From positions 2,215 to 66,214 of the forward strand of contig JAFUXF010000026.1 of assembly GCA_017477185.1 (NCBI GenBank): a DNA stretch of 64,000 nucleotides. Reading direction: 5' to 3'. Shown piece by piece: positions 20,701-30,071 of this stretch (the stretch's first letter is position 1; every line of letters starts with the position of its first letter). Source of the DNA: Alphaproteobacteria bacterium. GTDB taxonomy: Bacteria > Pseudomonadota > Alphaproteobacteria > RF32 > CAG-239. The notes under the pieces were generated by a model. It was not told the DNA's origin and did no database searches. It saw nothing but the letters and a program-made list of their open reading frames with translations. Position numbers and translations under genes: made by a program.

Positions 20701-21984
20701 ACGTTTTTCACTATTCGCAATTTGTTCATCCGATAATCCGCCATTCCACATCTGGTGCGGATTTTCGTACATTCCGCCAAAATAAGTTATAGCGCACTGT
20801 TCTGAATTTTTGAGAGCCTCTAAGGCTTTTGCATGTATCTTTTTAGCTTTATCATAATTGTTATATAGTTCTTGAATTGTCGACAACCCTTTGGTTTGAT
20901 TGTGAATTTCAATCGCTTTATTAAGTAAGGCTTGAGCTTTATTGATTTGTTCTATACTTGCTAAATTTTCACGGTTTGCAGCATAAGGCGTTTCCAGTTT
21001 GCTTTGAGAAGGAACAAAATTGACAGCTCTTTTGTACTTAGGTTTGGTTTCCTTTTTATTATTTTCGGTATTCTTCATAGTTGAGGCGTTAAGTTCTAGC
21101 TCTTGATTTTGTACAAGCGCGGCTTCAGGATTTTTCATTATTTGAGCAAACGACAATTTTTGTATCTGTTTAGTATATGTCGCCATTTTAATGGTTGCCT
21201 GTTCATTATTCCATGCATTTTCATCACTATCTTCCTCCGGCAACATCGGTTGTACCATACCTGAGCCGATAGCTTGAACGGCAATATATTGCGTTCGCAT
21301 TGCTTCTATTTCTTGAATAATTTTCAATAATGAGTTCATCGTTTCATAAGTATTGTAGGCATTTTTCCAAACGGCATTTTCATCCTGCTCCTCTTGCATA
21401 CCGTTTTTGCCCTCTTTGACAGCTGTTTCAAGTTCTGTAATTGATGTCTCAATTTCATCAAACTTTTTTTCTAATTCTCTGGTAGAAGCATAAAGCTCAA
21501 TGATGCTGTCTTGATAAAACTCAGTCGCCAAATCACGATAAGCCTGACAAATCATTTTATACTCTTCACGATCAGTTTTAGTACAATCTACAGGATACTG
21601 AAAGAACAGTTCATAAACAGCTTCCATAATGGAGGCTTTGTCGTAAATATCATATTTTTTTGATTCTTTAAATTCTTTTGTCCCCGGTAAAGGTTGCTTT
21701 TCCTTTTTTTTGAAAATGCCCCCCATAAATCCGGTAAATTTCCCTGTATATTTGCTGATTGTTGCTTTTGCTTGCTGATTGATGGTCTGCATATAAGCAC
21801 CAGCTTGAGCTGTTACATTCTGTATATTGACTGTTACGGTATCCATAAAAAAGGTTACATCACTGACAACATCTACAGTCGGCGTTAGGGGTCCGGGGGG
21901 GAGAAGAAACGCTCTAACCCCATGACTAAAACTGACGCATAAAACGGCAACAATCAGAAATATTTTTGCTTTAGTCAATTTCAT
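17779..21984 (-). CDS. secreted 1401-aa coiled-coil protein (signal peptide plus long heptad-rich helical regions), unknown T4SS-associated function
   Basis: N-terminal signal peptide MKLTKAKIFLIVAVLCVSFSHGVRA. It is rich in E/K/Q/L heptads and has no TM segments or enzymatic motifs. It occupies the slot between virB8 and the virB4-proximal genes. Confidence 0.6.
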   Translation of the reverse strand: MKLTKAKIFLIVAVLCVSFSHGVRAFLLPPGPLTPTVDVVSDVTFFMDTVTVNIQNVTAQAGAYMQTINQQAKATISKYTGKFTGFMGGIFKKKEKQPLPGTKEFKESKKYDIYDKASIMEAVYELFFQYPVDCTKTDREEYKMICQAYRDLATEFYQDSIIELYASTRELEKKFDEIETSITELETAVKEGKNGMQEEQDENAVWKNAYNTYETMNSLLKIIQEIEAMRTQYIAVQAIGSGMVQPMLPEEDSDENAWNNEQATIKMATYTKQIQKLSFAQIMKNPEAALVQNQELELNASTMKNTENNKKETKPKYKRAVNFVPSQSKLETPYAANRENLASIEQINKAQALLNKAIEIHNQTKGLSTIQELYNNYDKAKKIHAKALEALKNSEQCAITYFGGMYENPHQMWNGGLSDEQIANSEKRKGISGWALKAYNVAKAIDTGVVAEADDFSELNVSTEGVDSSDLSQADRLKSQINKKSGGFKNAAKEKKVDEELKASEKLAWNIGSEAAKMLAKDQAENGINGKWGRIKKAYPVWKDTQSYYNQYIEGKYDKIIQRLNAINVLEVTLKVAEQLNNLVEDYDEKQHNADALALLQDKVLRENNNITNNVDALVAEEKEKLNALYNRKEQQLANIEREKETLVNKINRSQAQLDALNIQRQDLEEEILQAETIISGAETKIKTLLQKEKDGLGIKAIENSTETYQKELPADNEKQSYFIEQGIYRQTQQLVNAQLSQTAPKADEDSSVKTYIRSETQITETEYDEPDAIAETENVLSENREKVLALKQKLADVNQKIEETTAQLNILKTKLETEIPLSIQKVNDAYANEANAITVANDNKIQDEEKRYADTIDQVKNLDLSSYFQSHFSVPTMIDDETPYLFSLPEILNNANQLVVDTRGVAEELVKDTIDQLYAMGDSLYNPNNHRQVVDIHKQLMNKLRELPTKELTEYSSNIGAYSSYGEIMSLLRAIYQKYIVEEACLHNYCQEPDVEYFVSNEGKHRDFRAPKSVPDVPLPTIRETLYFDYGTYDNIPRSASGLVTSEGVLNNLAFVPEIWKYILRKPAYVEKEIDLSTVIRPSVERLASGGMFPCLYKNFLVTSTGDRYRLYTATARMFDTEQKEKETQIWKKLEAEGCNPCYDIEVSGKGLYYTVKNLADDVSGIAEVKSLSEFKPSQNMSELGHILTYDNGLKYNALAKDVFQRLSDVHKDSNTEIEQKDILFDIASLHQNQIGDFLKRADYEQQSRQNKAEMQFEIEKAKKPLYELFTKIGFTPAQDFDLANEDDYKLAYETLMRYRNQLISTAASQVKTFQNNNNEIIEQRIQKINDLIKVFQKDDGAYTVVSDNSKADADLEEKIKSEKTNRQVLAKQKQEADKEFKRMLHQIGNIYCSQLAGNF

Positions 21985-21995
21985 GTTCAGCCTCC

Positions 21996-23645
21996 TTAAT
22001 ATCCAACGGCATTTGTTGCCGTATCTCCAAAATATTCACCGACACTGTTATCGCCGGTTGCATATTCAATAAAGGCTCCGGCAGCAGCTAAAATCGCCAA
22101 TCCTGCTGCAAGTCCTGCAAACCATCCCCAACTGATTCTTCCGCGAATCGCCAAAAATGCAATTCCAACTAAGCCGAAACCACTAATGATATACAAAATC
22201 GTTTTCACACTCCTAAATATATCAGCAAATTTACTCTTTGTGGTGGAAACAATATTTGTTGCAGTTACGGTTGATGCTGTGGTGCTACCAACTTTTGCGG
22301 CTGCCTCATTGGCTTTTAATTCTGCCGCTTGTTGCTTTAGGGCTTCTAATTTTTTTAGCAATCCTTTTTTGCTGTCTGAATAGAGGTAATCATCAATATT
22401 GAAAGCCGTCACATCTTTATCATAATTATTCAATTTCTTCGGCATATTTATCATGTCTTTAGATGTTGCCATTTTCATTTCTGCCGTTAGCAACCGCGCA
22501 AATTTGAGTAACCTCTTCATATTTTCTATTTTAAGCGGAATATCTATCATGAGTGCTGCCGGTGTCGTTTCAACAATTTGCGCATTGCTTTGCAAACTAT
22601 TTGCGTATTCGATATTTTTATCATCTTCGCTCATCTGCTGAACGGCTTGATAATAAACCTCTGCCGCATCATCTAAAAACTTGCCGCGCCGATAAGCCAT
22701 CAGTTTTTTATTCCCTTCAACAGAATCTTCTTCATTCTTTTTATAAAAATTTTTGGCAATCACTTCATTCATGGCTGATGCCGCATTGCCTGAAAACAGA
22801 TTACCAACGGCTCCCGAGTTCATTAAACTAAAAGGATCATCAACGTTTCCGACCATATTAAGTGCTTTGTCTTTAAGTTCATTTATTTTTTTCATCACGC
22901 CATTCGGACCGTTGAGGTTTTGTTCATATTCTTCTGTCAGCGCTTCAATGTCGTCTTCATACGTTGCATCAATCTTTTTTATTTTTGCCTGATTATCCGC
23001 AATTATTCCTTTGCAATAAGAAACTGCACTATTATCCGAACCATCATTCTTTTCTGCATTACTTATTATTTCTTCGCATTTTTCGATATTATCATTATAT
23101 GGTTTAACTTCTCTATCTCGAGCATCTTGTAAATCTTGTACCGTTTGGTTAAAACTGGTTTTAAGTTGTGTCAATTCTGTTTGTAAATTAACCAATTCCT
23201 GTGCATTTGCCATGTTTGCGGCGGTTCCGGCGGCTCCTGCCACGGCACCGGTTGCTGAATTGGTAAGATCAGTAACATTACCGGCAGCATCTCCGACAAT
23301 ACCGGTTGCACTTCCGGCAGCATCTTTAAGCCCTTGCGCTGATTTTTTCGCATCATTGACCGAAGATTTTACATCATTAACTGCAGATTTCACCTGCTCT
23401 ACTTCAGACTTGATTTCATCTATCTTGGCCATACCTTCTTTGACACCATCGACCAATTTTTGATACGTTTTCAGGTGCTCTAATTGTTTTTGTGCTTTAT
23501 CTACCGTGTTTCCAACTTGCTCTGTAACGCTTTTTAAAATTTCCCCAACAGAGCGAGAAGCATCCATTTTTAATGTCGCTTGAGCTGAAGAAATCCAAGA
23601 AAAACCAACAAGAATATATAAGATATATTTTATTTGTTTAATCAT
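21996..23645 (-). CDS. 549-aa protein: signal peptide, coiled-coil region, C-terminal pair of hydrophobic helices
   Basis: MIKQIKYILYILVGFSWISSAQA signal. The C-terminal ILYIISGFGLVGIAFLAIRGRISWGWFAGLAAGLAILAAAGAFIEYATG is a hydrophobic hairpin with a short basic loop. Overlaps the next gene by 8 nt. Confidence 0.55.
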   Translation of the reverse strand: MIKQIKYILYILVGFSWISSAQATLKMDASRSVGEILKSVTEQVGNTVDKAQKQLEHLKTYQKLVDGVKEGMAKIDEIKSEVEQVKSAVNDVKSSVNDAKKSAQGLKDAAGSATGIVGDAAGNVTDLTNSATGAVAGAAGTAANMANAQELVNLQTELTQLKTSFNQTVQDLQDARDREVKPYNDNIEKCEEIISNAEKNDGSDNSAVSYCKGIIADNQAKIKKIDATYEDDIEALTEEYEQNLNGPNGVMKKINELKDKALNMVGNVDDPFSLMNSGAVGNLFSGNAASAMNEVIAKNFYKKNEEDSVEGNKKLMAYRRGKFLDDAAEVYYQAVQQMSEDDKNIEYANSLQSNAQIVETTPAALMIDIPLKIENMKRLLKFARLLTAEMKMATSKDMINMPKKLNNYDKDVTAFNIDDYLYSDSKKGLLKKLEALKQQAAELKANEAAAKVGSTTASTVTATNIVSTTKSKFADIFRSVKTILYIISGFGLVGIAFLAIRGRISWGWFAGLAAGLAILAAAGAFIEYATGDNSVGEYFGDTATNAVGY

Positions 23646-24318
23646 TATGCGCCTCCTCAGATTCCTCTTGTTTTGCAGTCATATCGACCGTCAGCGTCTT
23701 GAGACTTTGTGTATATTGATATTCTTGCATCAGGCTTTCCAGCATATAAATTTTAGCCAAGCGATTGACGATATCTATGGCTTTGGCATTGACTTCCGCC
23801 GCCATTTGATTAGTGTCGGTCATATCATCATCACGAATTGTTTCTTTGAGAAGTTGGGTTCTGGAAGTGAATGCAAATGCGTATAATCTCGCTATTGAAT
23901 CGCGCATAGCTGCCTGTATAATTTCTTGATGTTGTTTAAAGGCTTCAGAATCATTCCCTTCTCCACTTTTGGGCAGTAATTTTTCTTGTGCTGCTTTGGC
24001 AATCTCCTCATTTGGAGCGTCTGTTAACGATGGGATTCCCTCTATTTGTGTTGCACCCAGTTCTTTTATTTTATCAACATCTAACGTTTGTATTGTACTT
24101 AATCCGCTTTCTGCTTTGTCTTTAATCTCTTTTGCTTTTTCAGAAGCATCCTTAAATTGATCCTTATATTCCTGAATTTTTTCCTGATAAGTCGTTGCTT
24201 TCTCTTGAACTGTTTGCAATAAATTTTGAATTTTTTGAATAGCATCAATATCTGCCTTTGCCGAAAATGACGGTATCAACAGCATGGCAATAAATAGTAA
24301 TAGAAATTGTTTATTCAT
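23638..24318 (-). CDS. secreted 226-aa helical protein, possible VirB5-like minor pilus/tip component
   Basis: Signal peptide MNKQFLLLFIAMLLIPSFSAKA. The size, all-helical K/E/Q-rich composition and position downstream of virB4 resemble VirB5. No diagnostic motif was found. Confidence 0.45.
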   Translation of the reverse strand: MNKQFLLLFIAMLLIPSFSAKADIDAIQKIQNLLQTVQEKATTYQEKIQEYKDQFKDASEKAKEIKDKAESGLSTIQTLDVDKIKELGATQIEGIPSLTDAPNEEIAKAAQEKLLPKSGEGNDSEAFKQHQEIIQAAMRDSIARLYAFAFTSRTQLLKETIRDDDMTDTNQMAAEVNAKAIDIVNRLAKIYMLESLMQEYQYTQSLKTLTVDMTAKQEESEEAHND

Positions 24319-24322
24319 TTTC

Positions 24323-26653
24323 CTATCCTTCCTCTTTGCCTGTATCTTCAGCTTTAGGCGTTAATTGCCCAAGGTTTTCCAAACTTGATGTTGCTATTCT
24401 GGCTGCGTAAATTTGTACAATTTCATCAATTATTTTTTGCATTTCATTATCTGTCTTGAACAAAGCATTAAAATTGGTCCGTTCATCCTGACTATTAGTT
24501 ATATTTTCTTTAATGACATCTAATTCCTCATCATACTTGGCGGTTTTAACTTTTTGGTATAAGGATTTTCCTAAAATATTTAACATATCTTGATATTTAA
24601 TATTATCGATAAAATTCTTCCCGACTTCCGCTTTAGTAAAATCTTTATCATTGGCTTCCTTTACCGTTTGATAATAGCAATCTTTGACCATACGAATATT
24701 GTCGGCGTCTAATTTTATCAAACATTTTTTGGCAAAATTCTCCGGAAGAACAGGATACTCTATTGAGGCGTTTGCCTCCTCTGATTCTTTAACATTATCA
24801 TGGAGACCGCGAATCACTGAATAATCGTAATCACCTTTAATTTCACCTAAGCCAATTTCAGTTTCTTCATCAAGCGTTTCGGGTTTAACCGCTCCGATAT
24901 TGCCAATTGCGGTATTAACAAGAGATGAGGTAAATATTCGGCGAATCCTGTTAAGCAAATACAGACTCTCTTTATTTGTTATGGCAATGCTTGCAATAGC
25001 ATCATTGGTTGCTCCGTCTTTTCTGATTTTATCGCTATCTTCAATATATTTTGTCAGGACATTAGCAAAATAACTGCCGGAATCGGCTTTATCCTTCCAT
25101 GCTTCTGTCAAACCATAGACATTTTGTTCTGCGGTAATTACAGAATAGATACCTCTTGCTTCTTCTGCAATGGTGGCATCTTCATCATTCATTTTTTTTA
25201 GTAGTATATTAGCACAATCCTGAATAACTTTCATGTCTGTTAAATCTTCTGCTTTAAAACAGCATTCTTTAGCTAAGGTTTCTGAAGTAATAATAATTTC
25301 TCCATCTTTGCTGTTTTGTATGGCATTATTATAGTCACTGCATTGCGTTACATCGGCAAATTTCAAGGTCGCTTGATAATTTATTCTTGCGCTGCTTTGC
25401 CTAACATATTCTCCATCATCAAACAAAAGGCTTTCTTGTTGGGGAGTACCAAAAGCACGACGATTAATCTGAATACTCTCGGTAGCACCCTTTATTGTAT
25501 CAACATCATCTGCACTTACAGAACTTGATTTAGAAACATCTTTAAGCTTTTCTAGTGAACGTGTTGCGCCTGATACTGCTCTACTTTCATCTGTACTCTC
25601 AGAGCTTGCTTTCGTGGTATTTTCAAGATTTTCTAAAAGAGGGATTGTATCAGATAGGGTTGCCGGTTCAACTTCTTTGGCATTCGGAGCGACAAACGCT
25701 TTGCGTCCGGCTATCGGCTCTTCATAAACTTTACTATCTGAATTGATGATATCTGCTTCATCTAACGTACTGATATCCTTTAAGGTTTCAATATCACCTG
25801 TGGCAACAGCCTTTTTCAATGTTTTATCAAGAGAGGAAACTCCGGCACTACTACCTTGCGCAGAAGAATTAGAAACGACTTGCTCGACAGAAGATGATTT
25901 TAGTGTTGTCGGTTGAGAAGAAACATCACTATTTTGAGATGCTGAAACTGTATTTTGCGGCGTAAAGGCTACTCGCCCTATCGTAGATGCTTCTGTCTCA
26001 GACACAGGCATTTGTGTTTCCGGTTCCGGCATTACCGGAGACGCGGGTGTCACCTGTTCTGTCTTTGGAATATACTCCTCTGCCGCATTAACAGTGCTGT
26101 TAATGGTACTTTTGACATTATTTACTTTATCTTTTGCATCAGCAACAGCTTGCCCCGCCAAATTCACGGCGCCGGAAGCTGCACTTTTTGCATCCTCATA
26201 AGTGGATTTAGCATCGTTGTATGCGGATTTTGCTTCGTCTATTTTAGACGTTACCTCTTTTTTAGCGTCTTCAACCTTCTTTTTGTATTCATCAAATTTT
26301 GCTTTTTTCTTCTCGTATTCTTTTTTGGCGTCTTCAACCTTTTTCTTGATTTTATCAAGTTTTTCTTTGGCTTTTTTCAGTTTATCCGCTTTTTTCTTAA
26401 CTTCTTGTACTTTATCCAAATTAAATTTGCTCATACTGGCTTTGGCATCACCTATCGCAGAATTAATCGATGTGACTGTCTTACTTTCAAGAATCTGTGT
26501 TTTATATTGATCAATCTTTTGCATAATTGATTGTGCATTTTGAAAAATTGCGGAACAATCAAATGTCGGCCACAGTGCTTGTGCGGAGGACTGAAATAAC
26601 GCAGAGCAGATAATACCCATAAGCATAATTTTGACATATTTTTTTAAGTGCAT
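24323..26653 (-). CDS. secreted ~776-aa protein: signal peptide, K/E/D-rich coiled coil with internal duplication (KKKVEDAKKE x2), Ser/Thr-rich linker, C-terminal globular domain
   Basis: The likely start is the internal ATG at 26651..26653 (MHLKKYVKIMLMGIICSALFQSSAQA). The ORF track starts 21 codons upstream. No TM segments. It lies immediately downstream of virB4. Confidence 0.6.
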   Translation of the reverse strand: MHLKKYVKIMLMGIICSALFQSSAQALWPTFDCSAIFQNAQSIMQKIDQYKTQILESKTVTSINSAIGDAKASMSKFNLDKVQEVKKKADKLKKAKEKLDKIKKKVEDAKKEYEKKKAKFDEYKKKVEDAKKEVTSKIDEAKSAYNDAKSTYEDAKSAASGAVNLAGQAVADAKDKVNNVKSTINSTVNAAEEYIPKTEQVTPASPVMPEPETQMPVSETEASTIGRVAFTPQNTVSASQNSDVSSQPTTLKSSSVEQVVSNSSAQGSSAGVSSLDKTLKKAVATGDIETLKDISTLDEADIINSDSKVYEEPIAGRKAFVAPNAKEVEPATLSDTIPLLENLENTTKASSESTDESRAVSGATRSLEKLKDVSKSSSVSADDVDTIKGATESIQINRRAFGTPQQESLLFDDGEYVRQSSARINYQATLKFADVTQCSDYNNAIQNSKDGEIIITSETLAKECCFKAEDLTDMKVIQDCANILLKKMNDEDATIAEEARGIYSVITAEQNVYGLTEAWKDKADSGSYFANVLTKYIEDSDKIRKDGATNDAIASIAITNKESLYLLNRIRRIFTSSLVNTAIGNIGAVKPETLDEETEIGLGEIKGDYDYSVIRGLHDNVKESEEANASIEYPVLPENFAKKCLIKLDADNIRMVKDCYYQTVKEANDKDFTKAEVGKNFIDNIKYQDMLNILGKSLYQKVKTAKYDEELDVIKENITNSQDERTNFNALFKTDNEMQKIIDEIVQIYAARIATSSLENLGQLTPKAEDTGKEEG

Positions 26654-26728
26654 AGTACCCTCCTTTGAGAAGCCTTGATTATTTATTCTAACAAAAATTT
26701 GCATGAGGATAAACAATATTCTGCTTCA

Positions 26729-29218
26729 TTACGCAATATTTAAATATTTTGTAACAAAGTTTTCTTCTCCATACTCCTTTATTAAATCTTCAACCAACAA
26801 TACATTTTTACGGCTGGAGTTATATAGTTTCAAATACGGTCCGAGACCACTTAAATCAACATCCAAAATAACAGATTCACCTGTTGCCGGACGTGATAGT
26901 AGGATTGCATAAGGAAATTCGCGATACGATTTGCCGAAAATAAAGTCGATTTCTCGTTGCGTTAAATTCCAATTAGCATAATCTTCCGGCATAGCTTGCG
27001 GATTTCGGAAGAAAATAATCGTTTGGCATTGTCCGCGGATAACCTCACCAACACCTAATTTATCGATAATATTGGGTTGTTGAAAAGCACATAAATACGC
27101 CTGTCGTTTTTTACGACCTTCTTGCAAACCAATCATAAAATAATCTCGGAACATAGGGTGTTTGAGCATTGGCGCGGTTTCATCGATCATGATTAAAGAA
27201 GGAACACCTGTATCACCAACTTCTGACTGTATACGGTGCATAATATAACTGATAACAGCCGGTGCCAGTGTTTCATCTTCAAAAATATGGGTAAAATCAA
27301 AAGCAGTAAACCTTTTTGAACTTAAATCAAGACTATCGGTATCTGCATTAAAAATATTTCCATACTGCTCAGGATTAATCCACCGAAACAATTCTCTCCG
27401 CATATTACCGGTTGGCGAAAAACAGCTTTTGTAAAGGTTTTTCAATATACGTTCTTCCGGTTTAAGATAATCAAATGCCGTGGTTACCGCTCGACCGATT
27501 TCTCTTTCAGACAACGCGTCATCAACCATAGTAATGGCTTTTAACCAACGGCGTAAAAAGGCTCTGTTATTCGGATTATTTTCACAGTCAAACGGATTTA
27601 AGGAAACATTTTTTTCATCCCCGTCAAAACCGATATAAGCCCCTCGAACAGCGCGCGTAAAAATTTCAGCACCACGGTGACGATCAAAGAAAAACACCTT
27701 CAAATCCTTATGGCGCATAGCCTGCCCGGCTAAAAATGTCAGTAACGTCGTCTTACCTTGTCCGGTCGGACCAATAATACAACAGTGCGCAACAGCAGCG
27801 TCTTCGCTTGAAACGTGAAATTGGAATCGATAGGCTGAGCCTGACGTTGTTCGAAATACAGAAATAGCTCCTTCCCCCCAATCACTTTTACTAAAACCTT
27901 CTGCCGGTCGGTCAAAACACACAGCCATCGCTACTACTCTTGATAAATAGCGGTATGTCCTCGGATATGCATCATATGTCGGGAACTGATTAAAGAATGC
28001 TGCCTGCGCAACCCATCCCTCTCTGACCGGCGTAACACTAAACAAGCGGCATATACGTTGGACTTCGCTTTCAGCAAAATCTATCTCCTCCATGTTATCA
28101 CCGCGAATAATGATATCCATGGCATATTCAGTTAAAGCCTGATAATCTGCATCGCTATCTTCAATTGTTGATAAAACTTCACTGTATTGCGCCACCACAT
28201 CTGGAGAAAAGCTCGTTGAGGTTGCCATGCGTTGTTGTTGTATCAGCAAGGCTCGAGCCTTCGGCTTAAACATTGGCTTAATATTGTGCAACAGCGTTAG
28301 CTCACAATCAATTGACAGCAGACTGGCAATCATATTTTCATCCATATAATCCCCTGGAGCACGAATCCCCATGACAATGGCAAACTTTTCTTTATTTCCG
28401 GAGAAAAATTTAATAACACCTTCTTCCTCCGTAAAATGAATGTGGTCAGTTGTCAGCATTTCATTGAGTTGATATCCTTCTGCATTACCTACTTTCGGAT
28501 TTGGTTTACCTATCGGACTGCAAATACGGCTAAACACCGAAAAAGGACTATCTTCTGCCTTACTGTCTTCGGTTTCAAATAAAGGTTTTATTCCATAGTC
28601 ATTTAATGTTGCCATTAGAGATTGAGACGTGTAGTTCAGGTCTTTTAAGGCATCCGTTCTATCGGCAACGGAAAGAATTATGTAGTGCGTATTACTATAA
28701 ACTCTATCTAGAGTATTGTGCCATGTTTCTGATACTTGTTGTAAAATTGCGCTTCCAAAATCACCTTTATCGGTCTCCATTTCTATACGATCTCGCAACG
28801 TTAAAACACGACAAGTTACCTGAAGTTCGCCCATACTGTCTATCCACAGTTTACGCGCCTCCATCATAGACATAACCTTTTCTTCAGTCACGAAACTTAA
28901 ATCTATGCCATCTACCTTAAAAATTCGAGCAAAAGAACCATTATAGCAACGAATCGTTATCCCGTCCGCCATCAATTTTGTAAATGGCAAAAAATCCGCA
29001 ACGCGTGATTCTTGTGGTTGAGGCAAAATATATCGGCCAAATTTTGTTACCCAAACACCAGCAAATGCGGCTGCCGAAATAAATCCGATAACCGCTACAA
29101 TAACTTCCACATTGCTCAAGCCTTGAACAAAAATGGATACAAAATCAAATTCATCAGGGCGCAAATTTATTCCCCTTACTTTTATACAGATTGTTGCTGA
29201 TAACCCGACATTGACCAT
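26729..29218 (-). CDS. virB4: VirB4-family T4SS ATPase
   Basis: Walker A motif GPTGQGKTTLLTFLAGQA. Walker B context SLIMIDETAPML. The 829-aa ORF overlaps virB3 by 65 nt. Its first ~80 aa include a hydrophobic helix, so either the start is internal (e.g. MADGITIRC at ~28972) or the protein carries a VirB3-like N-terminal extension. Confidence 0.9.
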   Translation of the reverse strand: MVNVGLSATICIKVRGINLRPDEFDFVSIFVQGLSNVEVIVAVIGFISAAAFAGVWVTKFGRYILPQPQESRVADFLPFTKLMADGITIRCYNGSFARIFKVDGIDLSFVTEEKVMSMMEARKLWIDSMGELQVTCRVLTLRDRIEMETDKGDFGSAILQQVSETWHNTLDRVYSNTHYIILSVADRTDALKDLNYTSQSLMATLNDYGIKPLFETEDSKAEDSPFSVFSRICSPIGKPNPKVGNAEGYQLNEMLTTDHIHFTEEEGVIKFFSGNKEKFAIVMGIRAPGDYMDENMIASLLSIDCELTLLHNIKPMFKPKARALLIQQQRMATSTSFSPDVVAQYSEVLSTIEDSDADYQALTEYAMDIIIRGDNMEEIDFAESEVQRICRLFSVTPVREGWVAQAAFFNQFPTYDAYPRTYRYLSRVVAMAVCFDRPAEGFSKSDWGEGAISVFRTTSGSAYRFQFHVSSEDAAVAHCCIIGPTGQGKTTLLTFLAGQAMRHKDLKVFFFDRHRGAEIFTRAVRGAYIGFDGDEKNVSLNPFDCENNPNNRAFLRRWLKAITMVDDALSEREIGRAVTTAFDYLKPEERILKNLYKSCFSPTGNMRRELFRWINPEQYGNIFNADTDSLDLSSKRFTAFDFTHIFEDETLAPAVISYIMHRIQSEVGDTGVPSLIMIDETAPMLKHPMFRDYFMIGLQEGRKKRQAYLCAFQQPNIIDKLGVGEVIRGQCQTIIFFRNPQAMPEDYANWNLTQREIDFIFGKSYREFPYAILLSRPATGESVILDVDLSGLGPYLKLYNSSRKNVLLVEDLIKEYGEENFVTKYLNIA

Positions 29219-29447
29219 AGGCCTGTATCATGGTTGATATGTGCGGATCTTTAACACCCATCGCAATGACAATAATATGACCTATAGCTATAGTCGCTAT
29301 AAAAAATATTGGGTTTAAATTCCATATTCCCATACACATAAACATTATCGGGAACTGAATTCCTAAATTGAGTAACGTAGGCAAAAAGGGACCCCATAAT
29401 ATTTTTGGAGGATTTGCCACCGCTTTATAGATCATTTCCCTCATCAC
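29154..29447 (-). CDS. virB3: VirB3-family small inner-membrane protein
   Basis: 97 aa with two hydrophobic helices (LNLGIQFPIMFMCMGIW / IFFIATIAIGHIIVIAMGV). Sits immediately upstream of and overlapping virB4. Confidence 0.75.
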   Translation of the reverse strand: MMREMIYKAVANPPKILWGPFLPTLLNLGIQFPIMFMCMGIWNLNPIFFIATIAIGHIIVIAMGVKDPHISTMIQAYGQCRVISNNLYKSKGNKFAP

Positions 29448-29530
29448 ATTTATCCTTTTTATAAAGAATCCTTATTTTATAGTGTACCTTTTTTTTATGA
29501 ATAATACCTTAATTTTCATACTTATAAAAC

Positions 29531-30070
29531 CTATTCAAAAGACCACATTATATTGTTTTTCTCTTGGCAATATTGTTTGGCCTGCTTACGACTTAACGGT
29601 AATCCCTTATTTCCCCAACTAAAATCATATGTTCCCTTATCATTTTGAATACTCATTGAAATTAAGCCCAGTTTATCTTGCTCTTTTCCCTGAAAAATTG
29701 CTAATTCAATGCATTCTTTTTTATCTAATTCTCGATAAGTAATAACAAAACTTCTTGCCCCCGGCATCACTTGTGTCCCGTCACCATCAGCACCGATTAC
29801 GACTTCTTTGCCAAGAGTATTAAAGATTTTATTATCTTTCAGCTCTCCTTGATAAAACTTTTGCTCTATTGCAACTGTATTGTTCAGTCCCCAGTAATCC
29901 GGACGATTGCGGTAGTACATCCGAACTTTCTCGGTCATTTTTATCAATTCTTTGTCTGCAGCAATAATCTCTGAAGGAGGACGTTTAAAACTGAAGATTA
30001 CACCCAACAAAATGATAAAAAATAATGAAAACAGCCATATATACAAAATCAATTTTTCTTTATTTATCAT
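29531..30070 (-). CDS. small N-terminally anchored protein with two C-terminal Cys, non-canonical pilin-like candidate (position of R64 pilS)
   Basis: The ATG at 30068..30070 lies 1 nt after the stop of the GspF-like gene. It gives MINKEK + LILYIWLFSLFFIILLGVIFSF, a short polar leader plus ~22-aa hydrophobic helix, followed by a ~150-aa domain with Cys...Cys ~50 aa apart. It lacks the G/F/E5 prepilin peptidase site, so calling it a pilin is tentative. Confidence 0.35.
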   Translation of the reverse strand: MINKEKLILYIWLFSLFFIILLGVIFSFKRPPSEIIAADKELIKMTEKVRMYYRNRPDYWGLNNTVAIEQKFYQGELKDNKIFNTLGKEVVIGADGDGTQVMPGARSFVITYRELDKKECIELAIFQGKEQDKLGLISMSIQNDKGTYDFSWGNKGLPLSRKQAKQYCQEKNNIMWSFE

Positions 30071-30071
30071 G

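Noticed and set aside
25955-26530. 191-aa plus-strand ORF rich in Phe/Cys/Arg inside the 797-aa gene
   Set aside because: It is the antisense frame of a Lys/Glu-rich coiled-coil coding region, where AAR/GAR codons read as TTY/YTC on the opposite strand. It is low-complexity with no start context.
21996-26716. The 549-aa or 797-aa proteins as VirB6
   Set aside because: VirB6/TrbL proteins are polytopic, with at least 5 TM helices. These have only a signal peptide, plus one C-terminal hairpin in the 549-aa case, and are otherwise soluble coiled coils.
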